DNA of 63,771 bases, counting the filler. It is 6 parts of 6 records of this genome, joined end to end, with 100 filler letters (N's around TTAATTAATTAA, not from the genome) between each part and the next. Parts side by side here need not be neighbours in the genome. Positions count along the whole stretch, not along the records: positions 34,234 to 46,314 come from DRR378314_653; positions 46,415 to 57,267 come from DRR378314_659; 4 more parts are not named here. One strand, written 5' to 3'. Below are positions 42,843-52,914 of this stretch, one piece after another; the stretch's first letter is position 1; every line of letters begins with the position of its first letter. The notes under the pieces are model-generated. The model did no database searches, had not been told where the DNA came from, and saw nothing but the letters and a program-made list of their open reading frames with translations. Position numbers and translations under genes: made by a program.

Positions 42843-42899
42843 TAGCGAAAGATAGTTAGCAAAAGATAGATAGCGAAATGATAGTCAGCGAAAGATCGT
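42843..42899. repeat. Imperfect 14-15 bp tandem repeat, four copies, in the gmk leader
   Basis: TAGCGAAAGATAGT / TAGCAAAAGATAGA / TAGCGAAATGATAGT / CAGCGAAAGATCGT. Confidence 0.65.
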
Positions 42900-43042
42900 T
42901 GATGAAGATAAACAGCACAACGGCAATACGTTGTACTGTTTATCAAGCACTGCGAATAAGGTTCTGCAAATAAAGTAGCGCGCAGTATCGCACACCTATG
43001 CTATGGACTGTAGCGTTTCGGCGCAGTCACAAGGAGGTCGTT

Positions 43043-43738
43043 ATGCGCAGTACGATCGTTATTTTATGCTTAATTGCCCTAGGCGTAGCGTTCCAAAAAG
43101 GGCTGATTGAGATTCCCCGCCATTGGGTACCCTGGGCGCCACTCTATATCGATGACCCAATAACGCCCATCACCCAGCTAAAGCTCAAACGTCTAAACGA
43201 TGACCGGAGTGCCTGTTTAGCCGCACTGGACACCGTGCCAGAAAGCGAGCTTAGTTACACACCTTTAGCCGATTATTCCCCAACCGCTAGCTGCCCACTG
43301 ACGAATATCGTGAGTATGCAGTCTAGTAGCGTTCGTTTTAACCAACGCTTTGTCGCCACCTGCCCAATGGCGCTGGCCTGGGTAATGTACGAGCGCCATG
43401 CCCTTCAACCTGCCGCCCTGGAAATCATGGGTAGTCGTGTGGCCCAAGTCAATCACGTTGGCAGCTTTGCCTGCCGTAACGTCTATGGCCGCGAAACAGG
43501 CAGGCGCAGTGAACACGCCACCGCTGAAGCACTGGATGTGGTGGGGTTTCAGTTTGAAAATGGCCAGCACGTTACGCTGAGCAACCACTGGGATAACGAA
43601 GGCGAAACCGGGGAATTTCTAAGAGCAGCGAGAGATGGTGCCTGCGACACCTTTGGTAACGTGTTGGGTCCAGACTACAACGCCGCACATGCTGATCACT
43701 TTCACCTCGGCATGCGCGGCTTTCGGCTATGTCGTTAG
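43043..43738 (+). CDS. Extensin-like C-terminal domain protein
   Basis: GSFACRN, SEHATAEALD, LGPDYNAAHADHFHL. AAGGAGG RBS. Confidence 0.85.
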   Translation: MRSTIVILCLIALGVAFQKGLIEIPRHWVPWAPLYIDDPITPITQLKLKRLNDDRSACLAALDTVPESELSYTPLADYSPTASCPLTNIVSMQSSSVRFNQRFVATCPMALAWVMYERHALQPAALEIMGSRVAQVNHVGSFACRNVYGRETGRRSEHATAEALDVVGFQFENGQHVTLSNHWDNEGETGEFLRAARDGACDTFGNVLGPDYNAAHADHFHLGMRGFRLCR

Positions 43739-43745
43739 TAAACAC

Positions 43746-44945
43746 TCACTGATAACGTTCAGCCGTAGCGAAAGTGCGTTTCTCAAGCCAGCGCCCCCAA
43801 GCAAAAATCACTAGCCCGCAAAGCGCTAAACCGGTACCGACTAACCCCGTGCTCGACCAACTAAAACCTGCGCTAATCACCAGCCCCGCTAACCATGCCC
43901 CTAACGCATTGGCTCCATTAAAAGCGGCATGGTTTAGCGAAGCTGCCATCGTTTGGGCATCTTCTGCCACATCCATTAAACGAGTCTGCAGCGCTGGCGC
44001 TAGCGCCATGCTGGAACCGACTAATCCGACAAATAACAGCCCCGTCCAAACATTATTAGCAGCAAAATAGAACAATCCCTGAATCACTGCGCACCACACC
44101 AAGGTAGCGGGAATCGCGCGCATCAGGTTCTTGTCCGCTGCACGACCGCCAATTAAATTCCCAGCGATAGAGCCAAGACCAAAGATGACCAACACTAGCG
44201 GCCCCAGCGCTTCACTCATACCCGCTTGCTGAGTAAGCGTAGGCATCACATAACTAAAAATAGCAAACATACCGCCACAGCCAATACAGGCAATGGCCAC
44301 CGTCACCAATACACGCTGCTTTATCAATGCCGACAGTTCACGTAACGGGCTTGCCAAAGCATCGAACGGCTGTACAGGTACCCACAGACGAATCAATAGC
44401 GCGGTCAACAGGGCAATAATGCCTACGGCTGCAAAGGCAATTTGCCAGCCAAACAGATTGCCTGTCCACGTGCCTAACGGCGCGCCAATCAGAATCGCCA
44501 ACGTCAAGCCCATCATTACCCGTGAAATAGCCCGTGCCCGCTGATCAACTGGCACTGCACCCGCGGCCACCAATGCGGCTACGCCAAAATAAGCACCGTG
44601 GGGTAACCCGGCGATAAAGCGCAGCCCTACAAATGACCAGAATCCCGGCGCCATGGCACTGGCGATATTACCGACGGCAAAGACCAACATCAGCACAATG
44701 AGCAACGCACGCTTAGGTACCCGCGCTGCAAAGGCAGATATCAGTGGTGCACCGACTACCACACCCAAGGCATAGCTACTGATGGCATAGCCCACCTGTG
44801 GCACCGTAACGGCGAGATCTTCCGCGACACGGTTCATTAACCCCATAATGACGAATTCGCTGGTGCCAATACCAAACCCGCCTAACGCCAACACGACTTC
44901 TGCCAATCGCGGGTTACGTGCCAATCCCGATGACGACGCCTGCAT
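43746..44945 (-). CDS. MFS transporter (DHA1/AraJ-like)
   Basis: LALGGFGIGTSEFVIMGL, ISSYALGVVVGAP, RFIAGLPHGAYFG, about 12 TM helices. Confidence 0.9.
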   Translation of the reverse strand: MQASSSGLARNPRLAEVVLALGGFGIGTSEFVIMGLMNRVAEDLAVTVPQVGYAISSYALGVVVGAPLISAFAARVPKRALLIVLMLVFAVGNIASAMAPGFWSFVGLRFIAGLPHGAYFGVAALVAAGAVPVDQRARAISRVMMGLTLAILIGAPLGTWTGNLFGWQIAFAAVGIIALLTALLIRLWVPVQPFDALASPLRELSALIKQRVLVTVAIACIGCGGMFAIFSYVMPTLTQQAGMSEALGPLVLVIFGLGSIAGNLIGGRAADKNLMRAIPATLVWCAVIQGLFYFAANNVWTGLLFVGLVGSSMALAPALQTRLMDVAEDAQTMAASLNHAAFNGANALGAWLAGLVISAGFSWSSTGLVGTGLALCGLVIFAWGRWLEKRTFATAERYQ

Positions 44946-45145
44946 ACTTTTCTCCCCCAGGCGCATTCAACACCTGCTTAACAAAACGGTCTTGTATAGC
45001 TGCAAATGATCGCAGGATTAGACAAAAGTAGAAATACGCAACACCAAAAAAGTTAGCGGGCGAACGAGGCAATTCCTACGGATTACAACGCTAATATCTT
45101 AATTTTGTTAGTGTGTTTTTAAACTTACAAGCAGGTGAAATGTGC

Positions 45146-45757
45146 ATGACACTAGAGTCTATCGAGTGCGCCATGGAGGCACTGGCTAAAGCAGACCCAG
45201 ATATTGCCCGTGCTTATCCACTCGTGGGAGCACCCGCGCCGCGCCAACGCGACCAAGGCTTCGCAACGTTTTTTAGCACGATTGTTAGCCAGCAGATTTC
45301 GACGGAAGCGGCGCGCGCTATTATGGGCCGTGTCACTTCATTGCTACCTGAATTGCACACGCAAGCAGTGATGGACATTGAAGACCAAGCGCTGCGTGAT
45401 GCAGGGCTTTCCTGGCGCAAAGTAGCCTATGCCAAAGGGCTGGCGGAGGCAGAGCTTGCCGGCACATTCAGCGCCGATGGGTTGGCCACGCTGAGCGATG
45501 ACGAGGCGATTGCCGCCATCACTCAACTGCGTGGTTTTGGACGCTGGAGCGCCGAAATTTACCTGATGTTTTCGCTCCAACGCGCGGATATATTTCCCGC
45601 CGACGACCTTGCCTTACGTGTAGCGCTTGGCCGTCTAAAAAAGCTGGAAGACAAACCCACGCCTAAACAGGCTCGCCAGTTAGTCGAACACTGGGCCCCC
45701 TGGCGCAGCGTGGGTTCGCTATTTTTATGGCACTACTATCGTGGAGAGCCGCTTTAA
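45146..45757 (+). CDS. alkA: DNA-3-methyladenine glycosylase II (HhH-GPD)
   Basis: [37 protein letters not shown]. Confidence 0.85.
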   Translation: MTLESIECAMEALAKADPDIARAYPLVGAPAPRQRDQGFATFFSTIVSQQISTEAARAIMGRVTSLLPELHTQAVMDIEDQALRDAGLSWRKVAYAKGLAEAELAGTFSADGLATLSDDEAIAAITQLRGFGRWSAEIYLMFSLQRADIFPADDLALRVALGRLKKLEDKPTPKQARQLVEHWAPWRSVGSLFLWHYYRGEPL

Positions 45758-46314
45758 GGGACGATCTTACCCGTTAGATCATCGTCATGATCAGAAGGTG
45801 ATGGCGGCGCTATGAGTGCCTCAGGCTGAGCAATAAAGCGATACGCTAGTGCCCCTAACGCTGCGCCGATCATTGGCGCTATCCAGAACAGCCACAGCTG
45901 AGCCGTCGCCCAATCTCCTACATATAGAGCAACGCCCGTACTACGCGCTGGATTCACCGAGGTATTGGTCACCGGAATGCTGATCAGGTGAATCAGCGTT
46001 AAGCCCAAGCCAATCGCCAACGGCGCAAACCCTGCAGGTGCGCGACCATCGGTTGCCCCCATAATGATGAAGATAAACATCATGGTCATTACGACTTCCG
46101 TTAGTAACGCCGCCGTCATGCTATAACCGCCGGGTGAATGCTCTCCATAGCCATTGGAGGCAAACCCAGCCGACACATCAAACCCTGCTTGGCCACTCGC
46201 AATGAGATACAGCACGCCACCGGCAACAATGGCACCCAGTACTTGCGCACCAATATAGTAAGGCAACTCTTTAGCAGGAAAGCGCCCTCCCACCCAAAGC
46301 CCTACCGATACCGC
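45754..46314 (-). CDS. aqpZ: Aquaporin Z (5' truncated)
   Basis: [32 protein letters not shown] (second NPA). Confidence 0.95.
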   Translation of the reverse strand, partial: AVSVGLWVGGRFPAKELPYYIGAQVLGAIVAGGVLYLIASGQAGFDVSAGFASNGYGEHSPGGYSMTAALLTEVVMTMMFIFIIMGATDGRAPAGFAPLAIGLGLTLIHLISIPVTNTSVNPARSTGVALYVGDWATAQLWLFWIAPMIGAALGALAYRFIAQPEALIAPPSPSDHDDDLTGKIVP

Positions 46315-46414
46315 NNNNNNNNNNNNNNNNNNNNNNNNNNNNNNNNNNNNNNNNNNNNTTAATTAATTAANNNNNNNNNNNNNNNNNNNNNNNNNNNNNN
46401 NNNNNNNNNNNNNN
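46315..46414. other. Artificial contig spacer
   Basis: N44-TTAATTAATTAA-N44. Confidence 0.99.
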
Positions 46415-46461
46415 GAGCGAAGCTCCCGGCAGGATCCCAGAGACGCTGTTAGTGCCCACCT

Positions 46462-47400
46462 TCAGGCCCGGTCGCCGGGAAAGGTCAGCACCTCGTCGAT
46501 GCGATTGCTGTTTCGTTGGGCCATCAACAGCCGCTCCACACCCATGGCCACGCCGCTGCAGGCGGGCAAACCATGGTGCATGGCGTCGAGGAGGTAAGGG
46601 TCGGCGTCCATAACATTCAGGCCGTACTCCCCTCGCAGCCGGCTATCCCGCTCAAACCTTCGGCGCTGCTCGTCGGCGTCGGTCAGTTCCTGGTAGCCGT
46701 TGGCCAGCTCCAGGCCCCGGTAATAAATCTCGAACCGTAAGGCCACTTCGGTGCCGTCGGTGTCCGTGCGGGTTTGGGCCAGGGCGGCGGCCCAGCTTGG
46801 GAAGTCGGTGACTACCGAGAGCTGTTCGGCGGGCAGGGCGGCTTCCACCGTGGTGGCCATCAGGTAGTCCACGGCGGCGGCTTTCTCCAGGCCTTCGGGA
46901 GCGCCGTGTTGTTCGGCGCACTGAATCAGGCCGCTGTGCGAAGCGGTCAGCGGGTCCAGCCCGGTGACGTCGGCGAACAGGCCGCGGAACCGGTAAGTCC
47001 GTGAGGGCACGCCGGGGAACAGTTCGCCGAACAGGGTCAGGCACTCGTTGATCAGAGCGCTCAGATCAAAACCCGGCCGGTACCATTCCAGCATGGTGAA
47101 CTCGGGGTTGTGCCGGGCGCCGGCTTCGCCGTCCCGGTAGGCTTTGCAGATCTGATAGATCGGCCCGCTGCCGGCGGCCAGCAGCCGCTTCATATGATAT
47201 TCCGGCGAGCTCTGCAGATAGCCGTGGCCGGGCACCGGAGTGCACTGAATATGGGGGTCGCTGACGCCATGGCGCGCCAGTTGCGGGGTGTCCACTTCCA
47301 GCACGCCCCGGGCGGCAAAAAAAGCGCGCACCGTGCTCAGCAGCCCGGCGCGCGCTTTGATGGCCTCCAGGGAGGCGGTGGGCCGCCAGTCGGTCACCAC
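46462..47400 (-). CDS. epmA: EF-P lysine aminoacylase EpmA (GenX/PoxA)
   Basis: WRPTAS, LQSSPEYHMKRLLAAG, HNPEFTMLEWYR, ELANGYQEL, CSGVAMGVERL. GTG start abuts the efp stop. Confidence 0.93.
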   Translation of the reverse strand: MVTDWRPTASLEAIKARAGLLSTVRAFFAARGVLEVDTPQLARHGVSDPHIQCTPVPGHGYLQSSPEYHMKRLLAAGSGPIYQICKAYRDGEAGARHNPEFTMLEWYRPGFDLSALINECLTLFGELFPGVPSRTYRFRGLFADVTGLDPLTASHSGLIQCAEQHGAPEGLEKAAAVDYLMATTVEAALPAEQLSVVTDFPSWAAALAQTRTDTDGTEVALRFEIYYRGLELANGYQELTDADEQRRRFERDSRLRGEYGLNVMDADPYLLDAMHHGLPACSGVAMGVERLLMAQRNSNRIDEVLTFPGDRA

Positions 47401-47969
47401 TAGTTTTTGATACGGCCCGCGTACTCGCCGGTGCGGGTGTCCACCTTGGCGATTTCCCCTTCCTGCACGAACAGGGGCACGCGGATCACCGCGCCGGTGC
47501 TCAGGGTGGCCGGCTTGCCGCCGGTGCCGGCGGTGTCGCCCTTCAGGCCGGGATCGGTCTCGACGATCTCCAGCTCCACGAAGTTGGGCGGGTTCACGTT
47601 CAGCGGCTCGCCGTTGTAAAGGGTCACCTCGCACATGTCCTCTTCCTTGAGCCACTGCTTGGCGTCGCCCACCGCGGCTTCGTCCGCCTGCTTCTGCTCG
47701 AAGGTCTCGGTGTCCATGAAGTGCCAGAATTCGCCGTCGCTGAAGATGTACTGCATCTGCACATCCAGTACGTCGGCGCCTTCCAGGCTGTCGCCGGATT
47801 TAAAGGTGCGTTCCCACACCTTGCCGGTCTTCAGGTTGCGCAGCTTTACGCGGCTGAAGGCCTGGCCCTTGCCGGGCTTTACGAACTCGTTCTCGATGAT
47901 GGCGCACGGGTCGCCGTCGAGCATAACCTTCAAGCCGGACTTGAATTCACTGGTAGAATAGCTGGCCAT
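47400..47969 (-). CDS. efp: Elongation factor P
   Basis: VKPGKGQAF (modifiable Lys), [26 protein letters not shown]. Confidence 0.98.
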   Translation of the reverse strand: MASYSTSEFKSGLKVMLDGDPCAIIENEFVKPGKGQAFSRVKLRNLKTGKVWERTFKSGDSLEGADVLDVQMQYIFSDGEFWHFMDTETFEQKQADEAAVGDAKQWLKEEDMCEVTLYNGEPLNVNPPNFVELEIVETDPGLKGDTAGTGGKPATLSTGAVIRVPLFVQEGEIAKVDTRTGEYAGRIKN

Positions 47970-48023
47970 AGATATCTATCCACTGTGTCGGGGAATTACC
48001 GGATGGCATTTAAGAAGCTGGCC

Positions 48024-49031
48024 ATGATAACGCAGGAAGCGGACGGTTGGCAGGTACCCGACTGGCGCCGTCTGCAGGCCGACCTGGTCACCGGGGTGGG
48101 GGAGCTGTGCGAGCGGCTGTCGCTGCGCCCCGACCAGATCCCCGGCGGCGCCGACGACGACAGCGCCTTCCCGTTGCGGGTGCCGCGCCGTTACCTGGAT
48201 CTGATCGAACCGGGCAACCCTGACGACCCGCTGCTGCTGCAGATCCTCGCCACCGGCCGCGAGCGCGAGGCGGTGCCGGGCTATCACGCCGACCCGCTGG
48301 ATGAATCCCGCCACACCCCGGTGCCCGGCCTGCTGCACAAATACCATGGCCGCGCGCTGCTGGTGGTCACCGGCGCCTGCGCGGTGCATTGCCGCTACTG
48401 CTTTCGCCGCCACTTCCCGTACCAGGAGCATCTGTCCGGCGGCCGTTGGCAACAGGCACTGGACTGGCTGGCGCGGCGCACCGACATCAACGAGGTGATC
48501 CTCAGCGGCGGTGATCCGCTGACGCTGAGCAACCGGCGCCTGGGCGAGCTGCTGGAGGCCCTGGCGGCGCTGCCGCATCTGCGCCGCCTGCGGATCCACA
48601 GCCGCACCCCGGTGGTGATTCCCGAGCGCCTGGATGAGGGGTTGGCGGCGTTGCTGGCGTCGCCACGCTGGCGCGCCACCCTGGTGCTGCACGCCAACCA
48701 CCCCCGCGAGATCAGTCCGGCGCTGGCGGAGCGCTGCCGCGCCCTGGGCCGCGGCGGCGTCACCCTGCTCAATCAGTCGGTGCTGCTGGCCGGGGTCAAC
48801 GACGACGCCGAGGCCCTGGCGTCCCTGTCCGACGCCCTGTTCGAGGCCGGCGTGCTGCCCTATTACCTGCACCAGTTGGACGCGGTGGCGGGCGCCGCCC
48901 ATTTCGCGGTGCCGGACGCGCGCGCCCGAGAGCTGCACGCCGCCCTGCGGGACCGGCTGCCGGGGTTCCTGGTGCCCAGGCTGGCGCGCGAAGAACCGGG
49001 AGCGGGTTCAAAAACGGTATTGGCTGGATAA
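48024..49031 (+). CDS. epmB: EF-P beta-lysylation protein EpmB (lysine 2,3-aminomutase)
   Basis: GLLHKYHGRAL, radical-SAM CAVHCRYC, LSGGDPL, PYYLHQLD. Confidence 0.94.
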   Translation: MITQEADGWQVPDWRRLQADLVTGVGELCERLSLRPDQIPGGADDDSAFPLRVPRRYLDLIEPGNPDDPLLLQILATGREREAVPGYHADPLDESRHTPVPGLLHKYHGRALLVVTGACAVHCRYCFRRHFPYQEHLSGGRWQQALDWLARRTDINEVILSGGDPLTLSNRRLGELLEALAALPHLRRLRIHSRTPVVIPERLDEGLAALLASPRWRATLVLHANHPREISPALAERCRALGRGGVTLLNQSVLLAGVNDDAEALASLSDALFEAGVLPYYLHQLDAVAGAAHFAVPDARARELHAALRDRLPGFLVPRLAREEPGAGSKTVLAG

Positions 49032-49137
49032 TGTACAATTACCGGGTGTTCAAGTTATATTTGTGATGATCATCACAACAATAATTTGAATATAGCCTTC
49101 GCCGGGCGGCGGAGGCCAAGCCTGTGAGGAACAAGCC

Positions 49138-50616
49138 ATGGAAGAGGCCCGCCAAACGGAGTCGGCGTGGGAAGTGCGTCTGGGGGTTCCGGAACCGGAA
49201 TTGGACAAACTGTCGCTGGCCAGTGCCCGGCCGCGCCGGCTGCGCGCCTGGCTGGATGCGCTGCCGATCGGCGACCCGCACCGCGGAGCGCCACCGTTAT
49301 TGACGTTGCTGGACGAACTGCCCCGTTTGCGCGTTGACGGCCGCCGCCGGCTGGCCCTGCTGGAGGAGATCCGGCCCCGCCTCCGGCAACTGGCCTACAC
49401 CCTGGAAAGCCGCTACCTGAATCTGCCCTTGATGCCGCCGGAGCGTGCGCTGCAGGCCGCCGCGTTATCGCACCGCTTGTTCCAGGGGCTGGCCATCGGC
49501 TACCAGAGCGTGGCCGCGCCGCTGTTGCGCGGCAAGCTCAACCGGCCCGAACGTCAAGCCGCCGCCACCGCCCTGCAGCGCGCCATGGACGCCCGCGCCC
49601 AGGATCTGTTTCTGCACATGCTGCTCTACAAAGAGCCGCCGGCGGGCACCTGGCAGGTCCTGCACAACCTCTATGCCGAAGCCGAGCGCCACGCCCTGGA
49701 GGCGCTCACCGTGTCGGACCCGGAGTTACCCGGCGAGGAAGGCGCGGTGTTGATCGCCTACGGCCGCCTGCTGCTCACCGCCAGCGCCCAGCCCAATCAG
49801 CTTCGCCAGCCGGCGTTGATGGCACTGTACCGGGCCGCCGCCCACTGGGCCCGCTGGATGCCGTTGCTGGCGGACGCCGCCGACGCCCCCTTCCATGTGG
49901 ATCTGCAAAGCGACGCCGGCCCCCAGGCCCTGTCCGCCAGGGCGGACAACGGCCAGGCGCTGCGTTACTTCGACACCCGGCCGCTGGCCGCCGCGCTGGC
50001 CGAAGGCGGCCCCGGCCACCGCAGCCGGCCGTTGTCGGACATCCTCTCCCACCATTTGCGCTGGGCCTGGCTGGGCCCGCGCGAGCGGCGCGGGCCGCGC
50101 CGCCCGGTGGACGGTGAAATGCTGCTCTGCCTGGGGCTGGACGCGGTGCACCGGCGCCTGGACCAGGGCGAGGGCGATGAGCCCCTGCACCGGGTGCGGC
50201 GGGTGGATCACGGCGACGGCGGTTACTGTCTGGAGTGGCGTGGCGGCACCCCCAACACCCTGCGCGCCGGCGGCCTGCTGGCGCTGTCGCCGATGGAGCA
50301 GCCGCAATGGCGGGTCGGTGAAATACGCTGGGTGGCCTGGCTCGGCGACGCGGTGCGGCTGGGCGTGGCGTTGTTGCCCGAGACCCTGCGGCCGGTGCGT
50401 GTCAGCGCCGGCGACCCCAGTGCCTGGCCGGCGCCGGCGTTGCTGGTGCCGTCCCCGGAAGGCGACGATCCGGAGACCCTGGTGGTGCCCACCACCGGCT
50501 ACCGCAGCGGTACCCGCCTGACACTGTGGGACGGCCCGCCCCGGGACACCCGGCTCGGCGTGCGCCTGGCCGGCTCCCCGGATATCGCCCAGTACACTCT
50601 GCGCCCGGCGGTCTGA
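49138..50616 (+). CDS. FimW-like protein with C-terminal PilZ-like motifs
   Basis: Helical N-terminus (WLDALPIGD), RERRGPR (RxxxR), DHGDGGYCL (D/NxSxxG-like), VGEIRWV. Directly upstream of the fimX-like gene. Confidence 0.6.
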   Translation: MEEARQTESAWEVRLGVPEPELDKLSLASARPRRLRAWLDALPIGDPHRGAPPLLTLLDELPRLRVDGRRRLALLEEIRPRLRQLAYTLESRYLNLPLMPPERALQAAALSHRLFQGLAIGYQSVAAPLLRGKLNRPERQAAATALQRAMDARAQDLFLHMLLYKEPPAGTWQVLHNLYAEAERHALEALTVSDPELPGEEGAVLIAYGRLLLTASAQPNQLRQPALMALYRAAAHWARWMPLLADAADAPFHVDLQSDAGPQALSARADNGQALRYFDTRPLAAALAEGGPGHRSRPLSDILSHHLRWAWLGPRERRGPRRPVDGEMLLCLGLDAVHRRLDQGEGDEPLHRVRRVDHGDGGYCLEWRGGTPNTLRAGGLLALSPMEQPQWRVGEIRWVAWLGDAVRLGVALLPETLRPVRVSAGDPSAWPAPALLVPSPEGDDPETLVVPTTGYRSGTRLTLWDGPPRDTRLGVRLAGSPDIAQYTLRPAV

Positions 50617-50725
50617 GCGCCGGCGCTCCGCAAGGACAATCCCGCGCGGCGGTAAGGTCTTTGGCGAACGCAGTCCCGTCAGGCACAATAGATGCTCTAC
50701 GAATAACGGATGAGCACTGGCGCCG

Positions 50726-52804
50726 ATGAATTACGCCCTCGATACCCTCCGCTTGCTGATCGCGCACGATTCCCAGGACGAAGCTGAACAGCTTATGAAC
50801 ACCCTCCGTAACGCCGGCCGCGCCACCCGCGCCCAGCTGGCACTGGGCGAGGACGATCTGGTGAGGGCACTGAAGGGCGGCGCCTGGGAGCTGATGCTGT
50901 GCCGGCCCACGTTCGGTGACGGCTCCTTCGAAAGCGCCATGGGCCACCTCAACCGGCTCGGCAAGGCGCTGCCGGTGATTCTGCTCAGCGACGACTACAA
51001 CGCCGAGATTGTGCGCAACGCCTACAAGGCCGGCGCCCGCGCGGTGGCGCCCAAGGACGACCGCGAGATGCTGATGCAGTGCGTCGACCGGCTGATGGAA
51101 TTCCTGCGCCTGCGCAAGGAGCTGCAACACTCCGAGATCAGTCGCCACGAAGCGGAAAAGCGGCTCAGCCAGCTGATGGATCAGAGCCGCGACGCCATCG
51201 CCTATGTGCTCGACGGCATGCACATCCATGCCAATGACAACTACGCCCGCATGTTCGGTTACGACAGCGCCGAGGAACTGGCCGGCGTGCCGATCATGGA
51301 CATGGTGTCCGCCAGCGACCACGACCGCCTGAAGAAGCTGCTGCGCAGCCGCGCCGAGAACGCCAGCCAGACCAACGAGCTGGAATGCCGTGGTGTGCAT
51401 ACCGACGACAGCGAATTCGACGCCACCTTCGTGTTCTCGCCCAGCACCTACGACGGCGAGGCCTGCACCCAGATCGTGATCCGCGCCGCCAGCCTGGACG
51501 AGAACGCCCTGCAGGAGCGCCTGCACGAGATCAGCCAGACCGATCAGGTCACCGGCCTCTACAGCCGCACCTGGTTCATGGAGCAGCTGGATCAGGCGGT
51601 GGCCGAAGCGGCCCGCCAGGGGCAGCTGGCGGCGGTGCTGTATCTGCGCCTGGACGGCTTCGAACAGCACCAGTCCAGCCTGGGCATGGAAGGCGCCGAC
51701 GATGTGCTGCGGGCGGTGGCGGACTGGCTGCGCGAGCACAGCGCCGGCGGCAAGCTGGCGCGGGTGGACGGCGAGGATTTCGCCCTGCTCAAGCCGGTCA
51801 ACGACCTGGACGAAGCCGGGCAGTTGGCGGAAGAACTGCGCGCCGGCATCGAGACCCTGATGCCGGAAGTGGCCAGCCGCACCGCCCACGTCACCGCCAG
51901 CCTGGGGCTGGCGTTCGCCCGCGAGGACGCGCGCAGCAGCCAGGACATTCTCACCAAGGCACTGAAATGCTGTAACCAGGCGCAGCGCGAAAACAACGAG
52001 CAGGGCAACGCCATCAAGATCCATGACCCCATGGACGATGTGGCCGCCGGCTCCTCCGAAGCGATTGCGCTGAGCATCCGCCAGGCGCTGGAGAAAGGCA
52101 GCTTCCGCCTCAAATACCAGCCGCTGATGAGCCTGGAAGACGAAAACGAGCATGTCTTCGAAGTGTTCGTGCACATGCCGCAGAAGCAGGGCGACGACCT
52201 GGCCGCCGCCGACTTCATGCCCACCGCCGCCGAGCAGGGCCTGGCCGGCAAGGTGGACCGCTGGGTGGTGCTCAACGCCATGCGCGCGGCGGCCGCCCAC
52301 GAACAGAAAATCACCTTGCTGGTGAATCTCAGCGGTTACTCCCTGGGCGAGCCGGGCCTGGCGGAATGGCTCACCAAGGCGATGCGCGCCGCCAAGTTGT
52401 CCGGCGAGCAGGTGATCTTTCAGTTCAGCGAAGGCGACGCGGTCAATTACCTCAAGCAGGCGGCGGCGTTCGCCGACGCGGTGCGTAAACAGGGCTGCGG
52501 CCTGTCGATCAGCCGTTTCGGCGGCGGCCTGGACCCGTTCAAACTGTTCGAGCACATTCCCGCCACCATGGTGAAATTCGAAGGCTCCTTCACCCAGGAA
52601 CTGAGCAAAGCGGAAAGCCGGGAACGGTTCGCGGAAATCATCCAGCAGGCCCGCGACAGCGGCCGCCGCACCCTGGTCGGCTTCGTCGAATCCGCCGCCC
52701 AGATGCAGACCCTGTGGAGCCTCGGCGGCGTCGACTACCTGCAGGGCTACTATCTGCAGGCGCCGATGGACCGCCTCGAGACGGCGGAAACCACGGAAGG
52801 ATGA
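50726..52804 (+). CDS. fimX: FimX-like REC-PAS-GGDEF-EAL protein (degenerate)
   Basis: LRLLIAHDSQDEAEQLMNTLRNAGRATR, PAS SRDAIAYVLDGMHIHAN, DQVTGLYSR. GGDEF site reads DGEDF, EAL site reads EVF, C-terminal QGYYLQ. fimW-fimX-serB order as in Pseudomonas. Confidence 0.82.
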   Translation: MNYALDTLRLLIAHDSQDEAEQLMNTLRNAGRATRAQLALGEDDLVRALKGGAWELMLCRPTFGDGSFESAMGHLNRLGKALPVILLSDDYNAEIVRNAYKAGARAVAPKDDREMLMQCVDRLMEFLRLRKELQHSEISRHEAEKRLSQLMDQSRDAIAYVLDGMHIHANDNYARMFGYDSAEELAGVPIMDMVSASDHDRLKKLLRSRAENASQTNELECRGVHTDDSEFDATFVFSPSTYDGEACTQIVIRAASLDENALQERLHEISQTDQVTGLYSRTWFMEQLDQAVAEAARQGQLAAVLYLRLDGFEQHQSSLGMEGADDVLRAVADWLREHSAGGKLARVDGEDFALLKPVNDLDEAGQLAEELRAGIETLMPEVASRTAHVTASLGLAFAREDARSSQDILTKALKCCNQAQRENNEQGNAIKIHDPMDDVAAGSSEAIALSIRQALEKGSFRLKYQPLMSLEDENEHVFEVFVHMPQKQGDDLAAADFMPTAAEQGLAGKVDRWVVLNAMRAAAAHEQKITLLVNLSGYSLGEPGLAEWLTKAMRAAKLSGEQVIFQFSEGDAVNYLKQAAAFADAVRKQGCGLSISRFGGGLDPFKLFEHIPATMVKFEGSFTQELSKAESRERFAEIIQQARDSGRRTLVGFVESAAQMQTLWSLGGVDYLQGYYLQAPMDRLETAETTEG

Positions 52805-52809
52805 GAGAG

Positions 52810-52914
52810 CAGTTAACAGTGAACAGTTAATAGTTAATAGCGAAACAAAAAAAAGCGCGGGCCAGTGGCCCGCGCTTTTTTAACTATTCACTGTTAACTG
52901 TTAATTATTAACTA
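52810..52914. terminator. Bidirectional terminator flanked by inverted heptamer tandem repeats
   Basis: AAAAAAGCGCGGGCCA-g-TGGCCCGCGCTTTTTT core. AGTTAAC/AGTGAAC/AGTTAAT/AGTTAAT on the left, complementary TTAACTA/TTCACTG/TTAACTG/TTAATTA/TTAACTA on the right. Confidence 0.8.

Noticed and set aside
46462-49031. epmA-efp-epmB cluster as a novel system
   Set aside because: Well-characterised EF-P beta-lysylation pathway.
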